Shown here: piece after piece, positions 21,154-30,851 of the stretch
Layout: each line of letters starts with the position of its first letter
Numbering within the stretch: position 1 is the first letter of the stretch
Source of the DNA: Planctomycetota bacterium
GTDB taxonomy: Bacteria; Planctomycetota; UBA1135; UBA2386
Reading direction: 5' to 3'
Assembly (NCBI GenBank): GCA_002684655.1
Contig: NYVR01000003.1
Coordinates: forward strand, 22,974-86,973
Length of the DNA: 64,000 bases
Made by a program: the position numbers and the translations under genes
The notes under the pieces: generated by a model
Databases searched by the model: none
Told to the model about the DNA's origin: nothing
Seen by the model: only the letters and a program-made list of their open reading frames with translations

Positions 21154-22388
21154 TGAAGGCTGACACGATGAGCATGAAGACGCTCCGCGACGCGGTCCTG
21201 GTAGCTGTCGTCGCGGTGTTGACGGTGCAGGGGTTGCGGCGCTTTTGCGGCGAACGCTACATCGTACCCTCCGACAGCATGCAGCCGCTCCTTTATGGGG
21301 ACCCGCAGCGCGGCGACGTTGTCTTCGTCGATCGGATGTCTTCTGCCGGCTCGCGGCGTCGCGGTGACCTCGTGGTCGTCGATTCGCCAAAGCTCGAAGG
21401 TCACCAGCTTGTTAAGCGGATCGCTGCGCGCGGCGACGACGCGCTGTGTTGGGTCGACATCGTCCAAGGCGATATCTGGTTGGGAGAGAATGCGCAGCAG
21501 ATGCGCCGCGAGGTCAAGGATCCCCGTGCTGCCATGTCGCGCAGCGTCACCTGGGCACGCGCAGGTGACGCGGGTCCTTCGGAGACGTTGCTGGACTTGA
21601 GCGCGGCCGCGTCGGCGCGTAGGGGGCGCTGGAAATTGACGCCGATGGCCGCGAACGTCGCCGCCGCTCGCGCGGTGTTCGCGCCAGAGCGACGCGCAGC
21701 TCGGCACAGCGCCGACCTGGGTCAAGTTCTACCTGGCGGGACCGTCGGGACGGCGCGCTTCGTCGACGCATCCTTTTTGGATTTGGCCGGTGTTCGGCGT
21801 CGCGGTGGGGAAGACGTTACCGTCGCAGACTGCGGGATGGAGATGCGGTTTGATAACGCTCCCGCGGTCATCCTCTTGACCATCGACAGCACGGATTTCG
21901 CGACGACGTTCGTCTGGAGCGCGACGCAAAATGAGCTGCAGGTGTGGGTCGATGGGCGACGTGTTGTCCGGCGCGCCGACGTGCTCGAGGCAAGCTGGGC
22001 AGGCTATGTTGCTTTCGGTCGGCTGGACGGCCGCGACTTCCTTTTGCTAGACGACGATCACCAATACGCCCGCGAAACTCCGAAGCAGCTTCGCTCTCCG
22101 CGTCCGCGGACGTGGCTGCACGTTGGCGTTGTCGGCGCGGAAGCTGCCTACATTGAGTCCATGCGGGTCTTTCGTGACCTCTACGCGTATCGAGATCCGG
22201 TGACGAGCGTCGGCGAAGCGAAGCCTTGGCCAAAGTTCGTCCGGCCCGGCCATTGGTTCCTGCTCGGGGACAACGCGTTTGATTCGCGCGACAGTCGTCA
22301 CTTCGGCGATGTAGCCGCTGAGACTTTTCTAGGCGTGCCGGCGGCCGTAATCGCGCCGTGGTCGCGTGCTCGAGCGATCAAGCGATGA
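21153..22388 (+). CDS. lepB: Signal peptidase I (S26) with a large insertion between boxes D and E
   Basis: TM anchor present. Box B SDSMQPLL, box D VKRIAARGDD, box E GDNAFDSRDSRHFG. ATG 21153 overlaps the lysC stop (TGATG). Confidence 0.8.
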   Translation: MKADTMSMKTLRDAVLVAVVAVLTVQGLRRFCGERYIVPSDSMQPLLYGDPQRGDVVFVDRMSSAGSRRRGDLVVVDSPKLEGHQLVKRIAARGDDALCWVDIVQGDIWLGENAQQMRREVKDPRAAMSRSVTWARAGDAGPSETLLDLSAAASARRGRWKLTPMAANVAAARAVFAPERRAARHSADLGQVLPGGTVGTARFVDASFLDLAGVRRRGGEDVTVADCGMEMRFDNAPAVILLTIDSTDFATTFVWSATQNELQVWVDGRRVVRRADVLEASWAGYVAFGRLDGRDFLLLDDDHQYARETPKQLRSPRPRTWLHVGVVGAEAAYIESMRVFRDLYAYRDPVTSVGEAKPWPKFVRPGHWFLLGDNAFDSRDSRHFGDVAAETFLGVPAAVIAPWSRARAIKR

Positions 22389-22954
22389 GCGGTGATGACC
22401 CCCGAGATTTCGAAGAAGCGCCCGATCCACTCTTGGTCCTTGGTTTGGCTGTCGTGGTCTACGGCGCGCTCGTCATGGCGGCCCTCTTCTGGCTGTGGTG
22501 TCGCGAGCGGACTGGCGTCGTCGCGGAGCAGTCGATCGGTCGGTTCGGCCCGTGGGCTGCGTCGGGCGCAGGCCTCGCGATCGGCGTGGCGTGCGCTGCC
22601 GCCTACACAAAGGCGCGCCGCGCGCAGCGGGGGCTCAACGAGCTCCACGTGATCGTTGAGCACATGTTCGCCCGCTGGGACGAGCGCGCCGGGATTGCGT
22701 TTGCGATCCTCGCGGCGTTCGCGGAAGAGTTGTTCTTCAGGCTCGCGGTCCAAGACGCCATGGGCTTGACCGGTTCGGTCATCGTCTACGTCCTGCTGAA
22801 CATTCGTGCGGTCGGGCTTCGCTGGGCCGCGTTCACCTGCGCCCATGCTGTCGCGCTCGGGGGGCTCGTAGAGCTTGGCTTCGGCCTCTTGGGATCGACC
22901 TCCGCTCACGCTGTATTCAACTACCTGATTTTGCGAAGCCCCCACCGTTCATGA
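22385..22954 (+). CDS. CPBP-family intramembrane glutamic endopeptidase (CAAX protease/Abi-like)
   Basis: Multi-TM protein with FAEELFFRLAVQ (EExxxR) and a later H-containing helix (AHAVFNY). ATGA overlap with the lepB stop (22385-22388). Confidence 0.75.
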   Translation: MSGDDPRDFEEAPDPLLVLGLAVVVYGALVMAALFWLWCRERTGVVAEQSIGRFGPWAASGAGLAIGVACAAAYTKARRAQRGLNELHVIVEHMFARWDERAGIAFAILAAFAEELFFRLAVQDAMGLTGSVIVYVLLNIRAVGLRWAAFTCAHAVALGGLVELGFGLLGSTSAHAVFNYLILRSPHRS

Positions 22955-24774
22955 CGACTCGACTTCGATCTCGGATCCTGCCGATCGCTGCTTCGATCTG
23001 CTGCTGCGCGCTGCTGGCATCCCAGCAGCGGCCGCCGAAGCCTAGCGCCATGCTATTGCCGCAAGGTCTCGCGTTGCCGCGCGGTGAACGCGACATCACG
23101 ATTGACGGCTCGCTGATCGATTGGCCGAAGCTCCCAGCGATGCAGCTGAACGACCGACGTCAGCTGTCCGGAACAGGGCACGGCGCGTGGCGCGGATTCG
23201 ACGACGCGAGCGGGGCTGTCTTCATGCTCTGGGATCAAAACGCGCTCTACGTCGCTTGTACTGCTCGTGACGAGTGGCACCGCGCTCTGGACGCTAACAC
23301 CCTGCAGCTGACGGAGGTCCCGGCGGCTGACTCGCTGATGTTGACGTTCGATCCGGGGCGCAACACGCGATCGAACGGACCGGACCCGGGCCGCGAGGAC
23401 GACCGTGAGTTCTGGATCGCTGACGAAAACGGCCGGGAGGTCGTCCAGTGGGATCGACTACGCGGGACGGCCCGGGTGTTACCAGCGCCTGCCCGTATGG
23501 TCGTCGTTCACGATCAAGAGCAGGGCATCACGAGCTATGAGGCGCTGCTCCCGTGGAGCGAGATCCTGCCGCCGGGCAAACAGGCTGGCCCTGGCATGGT
23601 GATAGATCTGCAGCTCGTCCTAAACGACTTCGACGAGAAGACGGACAGCATGCCGCAGACCCGAATCGGCTGGACGTTTGGCATGGGGCCGATCGTTGAC
23701 CCGGGGGTCTTGGGCAGCCTGATGTTGTGTAGGGATGACATGGCGTTGCGGGGCGAGGTGCCGGAGTTCCCGCCAAAGCCTGGCGTCACCCGTTCATCGG
23801 TCGATGCGCCGCAGTATTGGCGCGACGTGACCGCTGAACTTCTCCGCCGTCCGCCGGTCCTATATGACGGCCGGTTGACGCCGCAGGAGACTGGCGGCCT
23901 TGAGCGGCTGAAGGTTTTAGAGCAGATCGACGGCCAAGCAGAGCGGATGCCGCGCGTTGACTGGTTGGAGCTCCACCAGCGCGTCAACCGCCGGATGTCC
24001 AGAGAGGTCGCTGGTTTGACCGGTCGCGGGTTCGCGATGTGGCTCAGGGAGCGGACGCACGCGGTCAGCAAACAGGGCGAAGACAGCGTCCCGGATGGCG
24101 GGGTCCGGTTGTTTCGTTTACCTGCGGGCGGCTGGCTCGTTCGGTCGAACACGCAGAACTTGTTGATCGATGCCGCTGGTCCTGATGTGCAGCGGTGGCT
24201 TTGGGGCGGCGCGGAGATCTGCATCCTCACGCAGCCGCTCACGATGACACGGCGAAACGACGAGCTGTTGATCCGCATGTTCACTGCCGACCCCGTCCGC
24301 CCCGTGTTGGCGCACATCGTCTTTCACATGCCCGTCGTGGCGATGGACAAGATCCCGTTGATGAAGCTCGGCGAGACGATAAGCGGGAAGCCTGGGGTCC
24401 GTGTCCGCGCGCTGGGCGCGCCGACAGCCGATGGTCGGGTCCCCTATGACTGCAGCTACCAGGTCGAAATAAGCGGCTGCCCGACGATCGTCTTCATCGG
24501 CCCGACGCTGACGCCGGCCTCTGTTGAAGCGTCGCTGGGAGCAGGTGTAATGATAGTGTCTTCGCGTAACCCGTCCGTGCCGTCGATCGTGGCGAAGCTC
24601 AAGCCGGATGTTGTGCTCTTCGACGACGCCTTCAAACCCCAGGAGTATGCAAATACTCCCCGTATCCGGCTGAAGAACATCCATCAGATGCAGCGCGCGC
24701 TGCTTCCTGCTAAGTCGGTGCTCCTCGGCCCGGGTGAATCGTGGACTGTGCGTAAGGAGCCTGCTCCGAAGTAG
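22951..24774 (+). CDS. Exported 607-aa protein: CBM9/DOMON-like N-terminal domain plus degenerate MBL-fold-like C-terminal domain (tentative)
   Basis: Signal peptide MTTRLRSRILPIAASICCCALLAS. ITIDGSLIDWPKLP...MLWDQNALYVA resembles sugar-binding CBM9-like domains. The C-terminal LLIDAAGPD...ILTQPL lacks HxHxDH. ATGA overlap with the CPBP gene. Confidence 0.6.
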   Translation: MTTRLRSRILPIAASICCCALLASQQRPPKPSAMLLPQGLALPRGERDITIDGSLIDWPKLPAMQLNDRRQLSGTGHGAWRGFDDASGAVFMLWDQNALYVACTARDEWHRALDANTLQLTEVPAADSLMLTFDPGRNTRSNGPDPGREDDREFWIADENGREVVQWDRLRGTARVLPAPARMVVVHDQEQGITSYEALLPWSEILPPGKQAGPGMVIDLQLVLNDFDEKTDSMPQTRIGWTFGMGPIVDPGVLGSLMLCRDDMALRGEVPEFPPKPGVTRSSVDAPQYWRDVTAELLRRPPVLYDGRLTPQETGGLERLKVLEQIDGQAERMPRVDWLELHQRVNRRMSREVAGLTGRGFAMWLRERTHAVSKQGEDSVPDGGVRLFRLPAGGWLVRSNTQNLLIDAAGPDVQRWLWGGAEICILTQPLTMTRRNDELLIRMFTADPVRPVLAHIVFHMPVVAMDKIPLMKLGETISGKPGVRVRALGAPTADGRVPYDCSYQVEISGCPTIVFIGPTLTPASVEASLGAGVMIVSSRNPSVPSIVAKLKPDVVLFDDAFKPQEYANTPRIRLKNIHQMQRALLPAKSVLLGPGESWTVRKEPAPK

Positions 24775-24904
24775 CGCTGTTCGCAGTAAGGACATATGGC
24801 TCGCATAATTCTCCAGCTTGCCATAGGTTTCCGGCGCCCGGTCGCGTCTTTGCTGTATGTAAGCTGCGCGTCCTCGCCTCATATAACCCCGCTTTGATCC
24901 CAAT

Positions 24905-25306
24905 ATGGCCGCAAAGAAGGCAAACCCCGGCTTCGAATTCATCGTCGCCGCGCTCAAGAAGAACCCCAAAGCCACCTACAAGGACATCACTACAGCTGCT
25001 GCGAAGAAGAAGCTGAAGCTGTTCCCGGTCATGTTCGGCAGGGCGCAGGCGATGCTCGGCATCGTTAAGCAGGCGGCGCGTGGCAAAGGCAAGGCGGCCA
25101 AGGCCAAAGCCAAGGCGAGGGCGAAGGCCCTGCCGACGCCAGCGAAGCGCGGTCCCGGAAGGCCGCGTAAGAACGCCGCGCCGAGCATCGACGGGTCGCT
25201 CGAAAGTATCGTGTCCGCAGTGAAGAGCAGTGAACAGGCTAAGGCCCGTTACCGCGCCGCCCTCGAGAAGATCCACTCGATCATCTCGGACGCGCTGGCG
25301 GACTGA
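24905..25306 (+). CDS. Small basic histone-H1-like / AT-hook DNA-binding protein
   Basis: 133 aa. Lys/Ala repeat KGKAAKAKAKARAKA, followed by KRGPGRPRK (AT-hook core GRP flanked by basic residues). Confidence 0.65.
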   Translation: MAAKKANPGFEFIVAALKKNPKATYKDITTAAAKKKLKLFPVMFGRAQAMLGIVKQAARGKGKAAKAKAKARAKALPTPAKRGPGRPRKNAAPSIDGSLESIVSAVKSSEQAKARYRAALEKIHSIISDALAD

Positions 25307-25309
25307 TCC

Positions 25310-25367
25310 GAGCCCAGCGGCGCAGCGCAGCTAGGTCGGCTGTCGAGCGCCGTAGCCCCGCTGGCTC
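25310..25367. terminator. Inverted repeat between convergent genes; possible bidirectional terminator
   Basis: GAGCCCAGCGG (25310-25320) pairs with CCGCTGGCTC (25358-25367): 10 bp with one bulge and a large loop. Confidence 0.2.
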
Positions 25368-25408
25368 TCTGTAGACCAGCGGCGGCTCTCCCGCTTGCGA
25401 CGCGGTCG

Positions 25409-26305
25409 CTACCGCGATCCATCTAGCAGCTCGCGCCAGCGCGGCATGTCGCGCTCTGTGCGCTGGCGGCGCAGATGCTCTGTAAACAAGTGCGACAAGC
25501 TGGCTGTTCGTGATGAGGAGTTCATCGGGCGCCCGTCCAAGTGGCTGACCGGCGAGATGTCACGCAGCGTGCTGCACAGGAACAGCTCATCCGCTGCCAT
25601 GAGGTCTTCGCGGGTCAGCGGGTGCTCGCAGACGCGTTGACCATCTTCGGCAAGCAGGTCCAGGATCGCCCGCCTGGTGATGCCAGCGAGGATGCCAGCC
25701 CCAAGCGGGGGCGTGCACCAAGCACCTTGTCGCAGCGCGAACAGGTTCGCGGTGGACGCCTCCGTCACGGCGCCGTCAGTGTTGAGCATCACGCAGTCTG
25801 TCGCGCCCTGGGACCTTGCCTCTGCGAGGGCGAGCACGTTGTTTAGGTAGTTGCCGCTCTTTACGGCGGGGTCGAGCGCGCGTCGGTCGTTGCGGACGCG
25901 TTCGACGATCCTCAGGTGTACTGGTTTCCCGGCGGCCAGCTCTAGCGGTCGCACGAGGATGACCCACGTCTGCGGACTGTTTGCGTAAGCCAGATCGATG
26001 TTTGGCGCGTCGCCGACGCCGCGCGTGACGACGACTCTCACGTAGCTGTCGCCGTGATCGGCGGCGGTAACCGTCTCGTGGATCCTGCGCGCGATGACGT
26101 GCTCGTCCACGTCTAACGCCATCATCAAACCAGCCGCAGATCTACTTAGTCGGCTCCAGTGTTCATCCCAAAACAATGGCGTACCGTCGTGTACGCGGAT
26201 GACCTCGTAGACAGAGTCTCCGAACAGGAAGCCGCGGTCTGACACCGGAACTCGACCTGCTGGCTCTTGGGTGATGACGCCGTCAATGTTGCACAGGTTC
26301 ACCAT
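25409..26305 (-). CDS. Class IV aminotransferase (branched-chain/D-amino-acid aminotransferase or ADC lyase family)
   Basis: 298 aa. DRGFLFGDSVYEVIRV, VKSGNYLNNVLA, TEASTANLF, GILAGITR. Confidence 0.85.
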   Translation of the reverse strand: MVNLCNIDGVITQEPAGRVPVSDRGFLFGDSVYEVIRVHDGTPLFWDEHWSRLSRSAAGLMMALDVDEHVIARRIHETVTAADHGDSYVRVVVTRGVGDAPNIDLAYANSPQTWVILVRPLELAAGKPVHLRIVERVRNDRRALDPAVKSGNYLNNVLALAEARSQGATDCVMLNTDGAVTEASTANLFALRQGAWCTPPLGAGILAGITRRAILDLLAEDGQRVCEHPLTREDLMAADELFLCSTLRDISPVSHLDGRPMNSSSRTASLSHLFTEHLRRQRTERDMPRWRELLDGSR

Positions 26306-26542
26306 GGATCGCCGCGATGGTAAGCTCGCGCCGGAGCATGTGCCGCATCATCTCGGTCTTCAACATCGTGGATGTAGGCAGCAGCTCCAGGTTTCGAGGC
26401 GACCTATGACGTTCCACACGACAACCTGCGTGTTTGGCCTAGCGCGCCGGTCGCGCGCGCCTGGACGCGAGGACAAGTCCGGCGCCTGTGAGGTCGCCAC
26501 GGGCTGTGGTCAGGGCGCTGACAGAGCGCCAGGTGACGTGAC

Positions 26543-27541
26543 GTGAGCGTTGGCGGCGACGACCTAAGCGGGCAGGGCACCGACCTCGTCGTCGCGGCCC
26601 CGTTCTTTGTCGTCGGCGCAGAGCGCTCGGGGACCACCCTGCTGCGATTGATGCTCGACCACCACCCGGAGATCGCGTGTCACTACGAGTTCGAATTCAG
26701 CGTCGATCTCGTCTCCAACGATGGCCAGATGCCGGCCATCGACGACGTGCGCCGCAGCTTTGAGCGTCCGTGGCTCCGCGACGCGCTCTCCGCGCCGGGG
26801 TGTGACGGTGTTTTTCCCAGCTGCCGGACCCACGAGGAGTTCGTTAACTGGAAGCTCTGCCGTTGGCGTGATGCGTCCGGAAAGCACGACGTCGGCGCGA
26901 CGGTCCACCGGCACTTTGACAGGTTGACCCATATTTGGCCGGAGGCCCGCTTCGTCCACATTGTTCGTGACGGCCGCGACGTCGCGCGATCGCGCGTCCA
27001 GATGATGTGGCATGGAAACGTCTGGACCGCCATCGACGTATGGCTCGAGGCTGAGGCGTCATGGGAGGTCCTGTGCGGGCGCGTGCAGGCTTCTAGGCGG
27101 ATGGAGATCTGCTACGAGGATTTCGTCCGGTCACCACGGCAGACGCTGTCTGAGGTGTGCGCGTTCCTCGGTCGCTCGTTCTCTGATCGTATGTTCGATT
27201 ACTCGCAGCAGACCACCTACGACCGCCCGGACGCCGCGAACGTCCAGCGCTGGCGGGACCGGTCGACTCCGCGCGACATCCAGTTGATGGAGTGCAAGGC
27301 GGGGGAGATCCTCGCGGCGCGGGGTTACGAGCTGAGCGGTCTGGATCGTATCGACGTGTCAGCTGCCGAGGACGCGGCGCTCCGCAGCGCGTGCCTCGCC
27401 GAGAGGCGACGCATGCGCGTGGAGAGATACGGCCTGCCGATGCTCTTGGCGCGAAAAGCGGCGGCGGCGATGCGGATTGGGCCGCTCAGGAGATGGATCG
27501 ACGAGCGGATGCATGCGGTCGACTTGAGCTATATCAAGTGA
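26543..27541 (+). CDS. Sulfotransferase family protein
   Basis: PAPS-binding 5'-PSB-like loop FVVGAERSGTTLLRLML and 3'-PB-like HIVRDGRDVARS. Confidence 0.75.
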   Translation: MSVGGDDLSGQGTDLVVAAPFFVVGAERSGTTLLRLMLDHHPEIACHYEFEFSVDLVSNDGQMPAIDDVRRSFERPWLRDALSAPGCDGVFPSCRTHEEFVNWKLCRWRDASGKHDVGATVHRHFDRLTHIWPEARFVHIVRDGRDVARSRVQMMWHGNVWTAIDVWLEAEASWEVLCGRVQASRRMEICYEDFVRSPRQTLSEVCAFLGRSFSDRMFDYSQQTTYDRPDAANVQRWRDRSTPRDIQLMECKAGEILAARGYELSGLDRIDVSAAEDAALRSACLAERRRMRVERYGLPMLLARKAAAAMRIGPLRRWIDERMHAVDLSYIK

Positions 27542-27636
27542 CGCTGGGCGATACCTGCGGAACCACCGACCCTCGCCGGATGAAGCTTGCGTGAGGCCCT
27601 CGGCGGCCCTACGCAGATACCCTCGCGAAAGATCCG

Positions 27637-27882
27637 ATGCTCGAAATCTACCTAGACCCAAGCTGTCCATTCTGTGTTGCCGTCACCGACCACCTCGAGA
27701 AGAACGAGATCCCTTACACGCCAAAGGTGCTCTCGATCTTCTCGGACTCCGAGGTCCGGCGGCAGCTGGTCGCGCTCGGCGGCAAGTCACAAGTGCCGTT
27801 CTTGCATCACCCGGAGCGTGATGTGCTCATGTATGAGTCTGCGGACATTATCGCGTATGCGGATGAACATGGCCGGAGCTAG
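27637..27882 (+). CDS. Glutaredoxin-like small thioredoxin-fold protein
   Basis: 81 aa. CPFC active site near the N-terminus and a cis-Pro region (SQVPFL). Confidence 0.7.
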   Translation: MLEIYLDPSCPFCVAVTDHLEKNEIPYTPKVLSIFSDSEVRRQLVALGGKSQVPFLHHPERDVLMYESADIIAYADEHGRS

Positions 27883-27888
27883 GAGGGC

Positions 27889-28842
27889 TTGGTGACTCAG
27901 GCGAATGTCGCGCCAGCCCTCCGAATCCGCGGACTGAGCAAGACCTATAAGAACGGAGTCGAGGCGCTGAAGGGCATCGACCTCGATGTTCCTGAGGGTG
28001 AGTTTTTTGGCTTGTTGGGCCCGAACGGCGCCGGGAAGTCCACGACGATCGGTGTCGTCACGTCGCTGATCAATCGCAGCGGGGGGGCCATCGAGGTGTT
28101 CGGTGTAGACACCGAACAGGACCTAGAGGGCGCCAAGCGACTGATCGGCGTTGTCCCGCAAGAGCTCAACATCAACCAGTTCGAGCAGCCGCTACAGATC
28201 GTCGCGCAGCAGGCGGGTTACTACGGCGTGCCTTGGCGAGAGGCCCGCGAGCGGGCGGGCGAGTGTCTGCGGTGGATGGGTCTCTGGGATAAGCGCGGCG
28301 TAATGGCCCGGTCGCTTTCGGGGGGCATGAAGCGTCGTCTGATGATCGCGAGGGCGCTGGTTCACGGTCCGCGGTTGTTGATCCTCGACGAGCCTACGGC
28401 GGGCGTCGACATCGAGATTCGTCGCGCGACTTGGGATCTCCTACAAGAGATCAACGCGGCGGGCACGACGATCATCTTGACGACGCACTACCTCGAAGAA
28501 GCCGAGGCGCTTTGCCGGCGGATCGCGATCATCGACGGCGGTTGCATCGTGCAAGACACCGACACCCGCTCCTTGCTTGCACAGCTCGCGATCGAAACGT
28601 TCGTGCTAGATCCTCACGAACCGCTAGCGGCGGCGCCGCCAATCGACGGCTACGAGGCGCGGCTCCGTGACGACGGCTCATTTGAGGTAGAGGTGGCGCG
28701 CTCTTCCAGCATCAACGAGCTCTTCTCCGCGCTTGACGGTGCCGGCATTCAGGTTCGCTCGATGCGAAACAAGGCCAACCGTCTTGAAGAGCTATTTTTG
28801 CGGCTAGTGGACAACGCCGGCGGCGACGGGGTGGTTTCGTGA
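27889..28842 (+). CDS. ABC transporter ATP-binding protein (ABC-2/DrrA-like exporter type)
   Basis: GPNGAGKST, LSGGMKRRLMIA, LILDEPTAGVD. Confidence 0.9.
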   Translation: MVTQANVAPALRIRGLSKTYKNGVEALKGIDLDVPEGEFFGLLGPNGAGKSTTIGVVTSLINRSGGAIEVFGVDTEQDLEGAKRLIGVVPQELNINQFEQPLQIVAQQAGYYGVPWREARERAGECLRWMGLWDKRGVMARSLSGGMKRRLMIARALVHGPRLLILDEPTAGVDIEIRRATWDLLQEINAAGTTIILTTHYLEEAEALCRRIAIIDGGCIVQDTDTRSLLAQLAIETFVLDPHEPLAAAPPIDGYEARLRDDGSFEVEVARSSSINELFSALDGAGIQVRSMRNKANRLEELFLRLVDNAGGDGVVS

Positions 28843-29684
28843 CGAGTTCTGGCGATGTGCCTCACCGCGCGCCGAAGGCGAGGCTCGCTCCGGTTACGGA
28901 GACGAGTCGCTCACGCCTTCACGAAGGTTGGGTTGGCTTCGTTACGGTCGTTCGCCGCGAGGTGCAGCGTGTTCTGCGGATCTGGCCGCAGACGTTGCTG
29001 CCGCCGGTCATAACGACCAGTCTCTACTTCGTGATCTTCGGGCCCGTGTTGGGTGAGCGCATCGGGGAGATGGAGGGCTTTAACTACCTGCAGTTCGTTA
29101 CGCCCGGTCTCATCATGATGGCGGTGCTGACGAACTCGTATCAAAACGTCGTATCGTCGCTCTTCGGGGCGAAGTTTCAGAGCCACATCGAAGAGATGTT
29201 GGTCTCGCCGATGTCCGCGCACGCGATCTTGTTGGGGTTCGCGATCGGCGGCGTATTCCGGGGATTGGTCATCGGGGCCATCGTCGCGGCGGTGTCTGTC
29301 GCCTTTGTCGACTTGCCTATCGCGCATCCGCTTTGGACGATCTTGGTCGGCGTCGCGACGTCGATCGCCTTCGCGTTTGGCGGCTTCATAAACGCAATGG
29401 TTGCGCGAAACTTCGACGACGTGTCGATCGTCCCGACGTTCGTTTTGACGCCGCTGACGATGCTCGGTGGGGTCTTTTACTCCGTCGAGTTGTTAGGCGA
29501 GCCGTGGCGGACGGTCTCCTACTGCAACCCCATCCTCTACATGGTGAACGCATTTCGACATAGCATCCTGGGGAGTTCCGACTTGCCGATCTCTGTCGCT
29601 GGCGGCGTCCTCGGGCTGTTCATTGTCGGCTTCTATACTGTCGCGATCATCATGCTGAGACGCGGCGTCGGGATTAGGAGTTGA
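28839..29684 (+). CDS. ABC-2 type transporter permease
   Basis: 281 aa with about 6 TM segments. GTGA overlap with the ATPase gene (28839-28842). Confidence 0.85.
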   Translation: MTSSGDVPHRAPKARLAPVTETSRSRLHEGWVGFVTVVRREVQRVLRIWPQTLLPPVITTSLYFVIFGPVLGERIGEMEGFNYLQFVTPGLIMMAVLTNSYQNVVSSLFGAKFQSHIEEMLVSPMSAHAILLGFAIGGVFRGLVIGAIVAAVSVAFVDLPIAHPLWTILVGVATSIAFAFGGFINAMVARNFDDVSIVPTFVLTPLTMLGGVFYSVELLGEPWRTVSYCNPILYMVNAFRHSILGSSDLPISVAGGVLGLFIVGFYTVAIIMLRRGVGIRS

Positions 29685-29690
29685 GCCCTG

Positions 29691-30851
29691 GTGCGCCACT
29701 TGCAGGATGACCAGCTGCTGCTGCGTAAAGGCCTAGAAGAGGAGGTCTACGTCGGGACCAGCGACGCGGACATCGTGCCGCTCTCTCACCGGATAGCCGC
29801 TGACTTGTCGGGGTTCGTCACTGAGCCGGACTCCCGGAACGTCGAATACACGACGCCCCCGGTTCGCTCGTACGAACAAATGCTCGACAAGTTGATGTCG
29901 CAGCGCTGTCGCCTGCGCCGCTACGTCAAAGACTTGGGTGGATATACGCTGGTGCCGGGGTCGACGATGTCGATGGTCACGGACGATGAGTTCTTCATCT
30001 CCAACCCAAAAAATCCGTACTACCGATTTATTCGCGACAACTACGGCACCGACGTGGTGACTGCGAGCACGCACATCAACCTCGGCATCGCGGACCCCGA
30101 GCAGCTCATCAAGGCATACCGGCTGCTCCGAGCTGAAGCGTCGATGTATCTCGCCCTCACCGCGAACTCGCCGTTTCGTTATGGCCGGCCGACGGGCGCG
30201 CACTCGACACGCTGGCAGGTGTTTCCTCCGACGCCGGCGGTCACGCCCTTCTTCGTCGATCACGCGCATTTTCGGTCATGGGTCGCCGAGCAGCTCGCGG
30301 CGGGCACAATGTTCAACCCACGCCACCTGTGGTTGTCGATTCGTCCGAACGGCCAGGGCACGCCAGACGTGCTGGAGCGCCTTGAGCTGAGGATCTGCGA
30401 CCGCATCGCTCGACCTCAGGACGTCGCTGCGATCGTCGCGCTTATGGAGGCGCGCGTATGGCAGTCTCTTGAAGACCCGAGCATCGATCCGCTCGCGGTT
30501 CGCAGCGAAGATGAGCTGCAGCAAATCTGTGCCGATAACGAACGTCGCGCCGCGGAGGCGAGCCTCGAAGCTGTGGTGACAGACTGGCAGACAGGAGAGG
30601 ACGTGTCCATGCGACGATGGATCGAGGAGTGCTGGCGCGCCTGCGTTCCTACCGCCGAGTCACACGGCTTCGCCAATCACCTCGCTCCGCTGGGGTCGAT
30701 TTTGTCGGAGGGGAACTTCTCCCAACAGTGGTTGTCACGGGTTGCCGCAGGGGCAGAGCCTCGGGACGTCTTGCGCGACGCGATCATCGAGCTCACGGAA
30801 GTGGACCGCCGTTACGATCCAGATTGCCCGTCGGCGTCATCTCGGAGCTAG
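29691..30851 (+). CDS. gshA: Glutamate--cysteine ligase (GCS family, cyanobacterial-like type)
   Basis: 386 aa. LRKGLEEEVYVGT and TASTHINLG patterns. Sits immediately upstream of gshB. Confidence 0.7.
   Translation: MRHLQDDQLLLRKGLEEEVYVGTSDADIVPLSHRIAADLSGFVTEPDSRNVEYTTPPVRSYEQMLDKLMSQRCRLRRYVKDLGGYTLVPGSTMSMVTDDEFFISNPKNPYYRFIRDNYGTDVVTASTHINLGIADPEQLIKAYRLLRAEASMYLALTANSPFRYGRPTGAHSTRWQVFPPTPAVTPFFVDHAHFRSWVAEQLAAGTMFNPRHLWLSIRPNGQGTPDVLERLELRICDRIARPQDVAAIVALMEARVWQSLEDPSIDPLAVRSEDELQQICADNERRAAEASLEAVVTDWQTGEDVSMRRWIEECWRACVPTAESHGFANHLAPLGSILSEGNFSQQWLSRVAAGAEPRDVLRDAIIELTEVDRRYDPDCPSASSRS

Noticed and set aside
26306-26542. 27-codon upstream ORF (MLKTEMMRHMLRRELTIAAIHGEPVQH) overlapping the aminotransferase start, considered as a leader peptide.
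   Set aside because: There is no run of regulatory codons and no obvious alternative terminator/antiterminator hairpins. It is most likely fortuitous.
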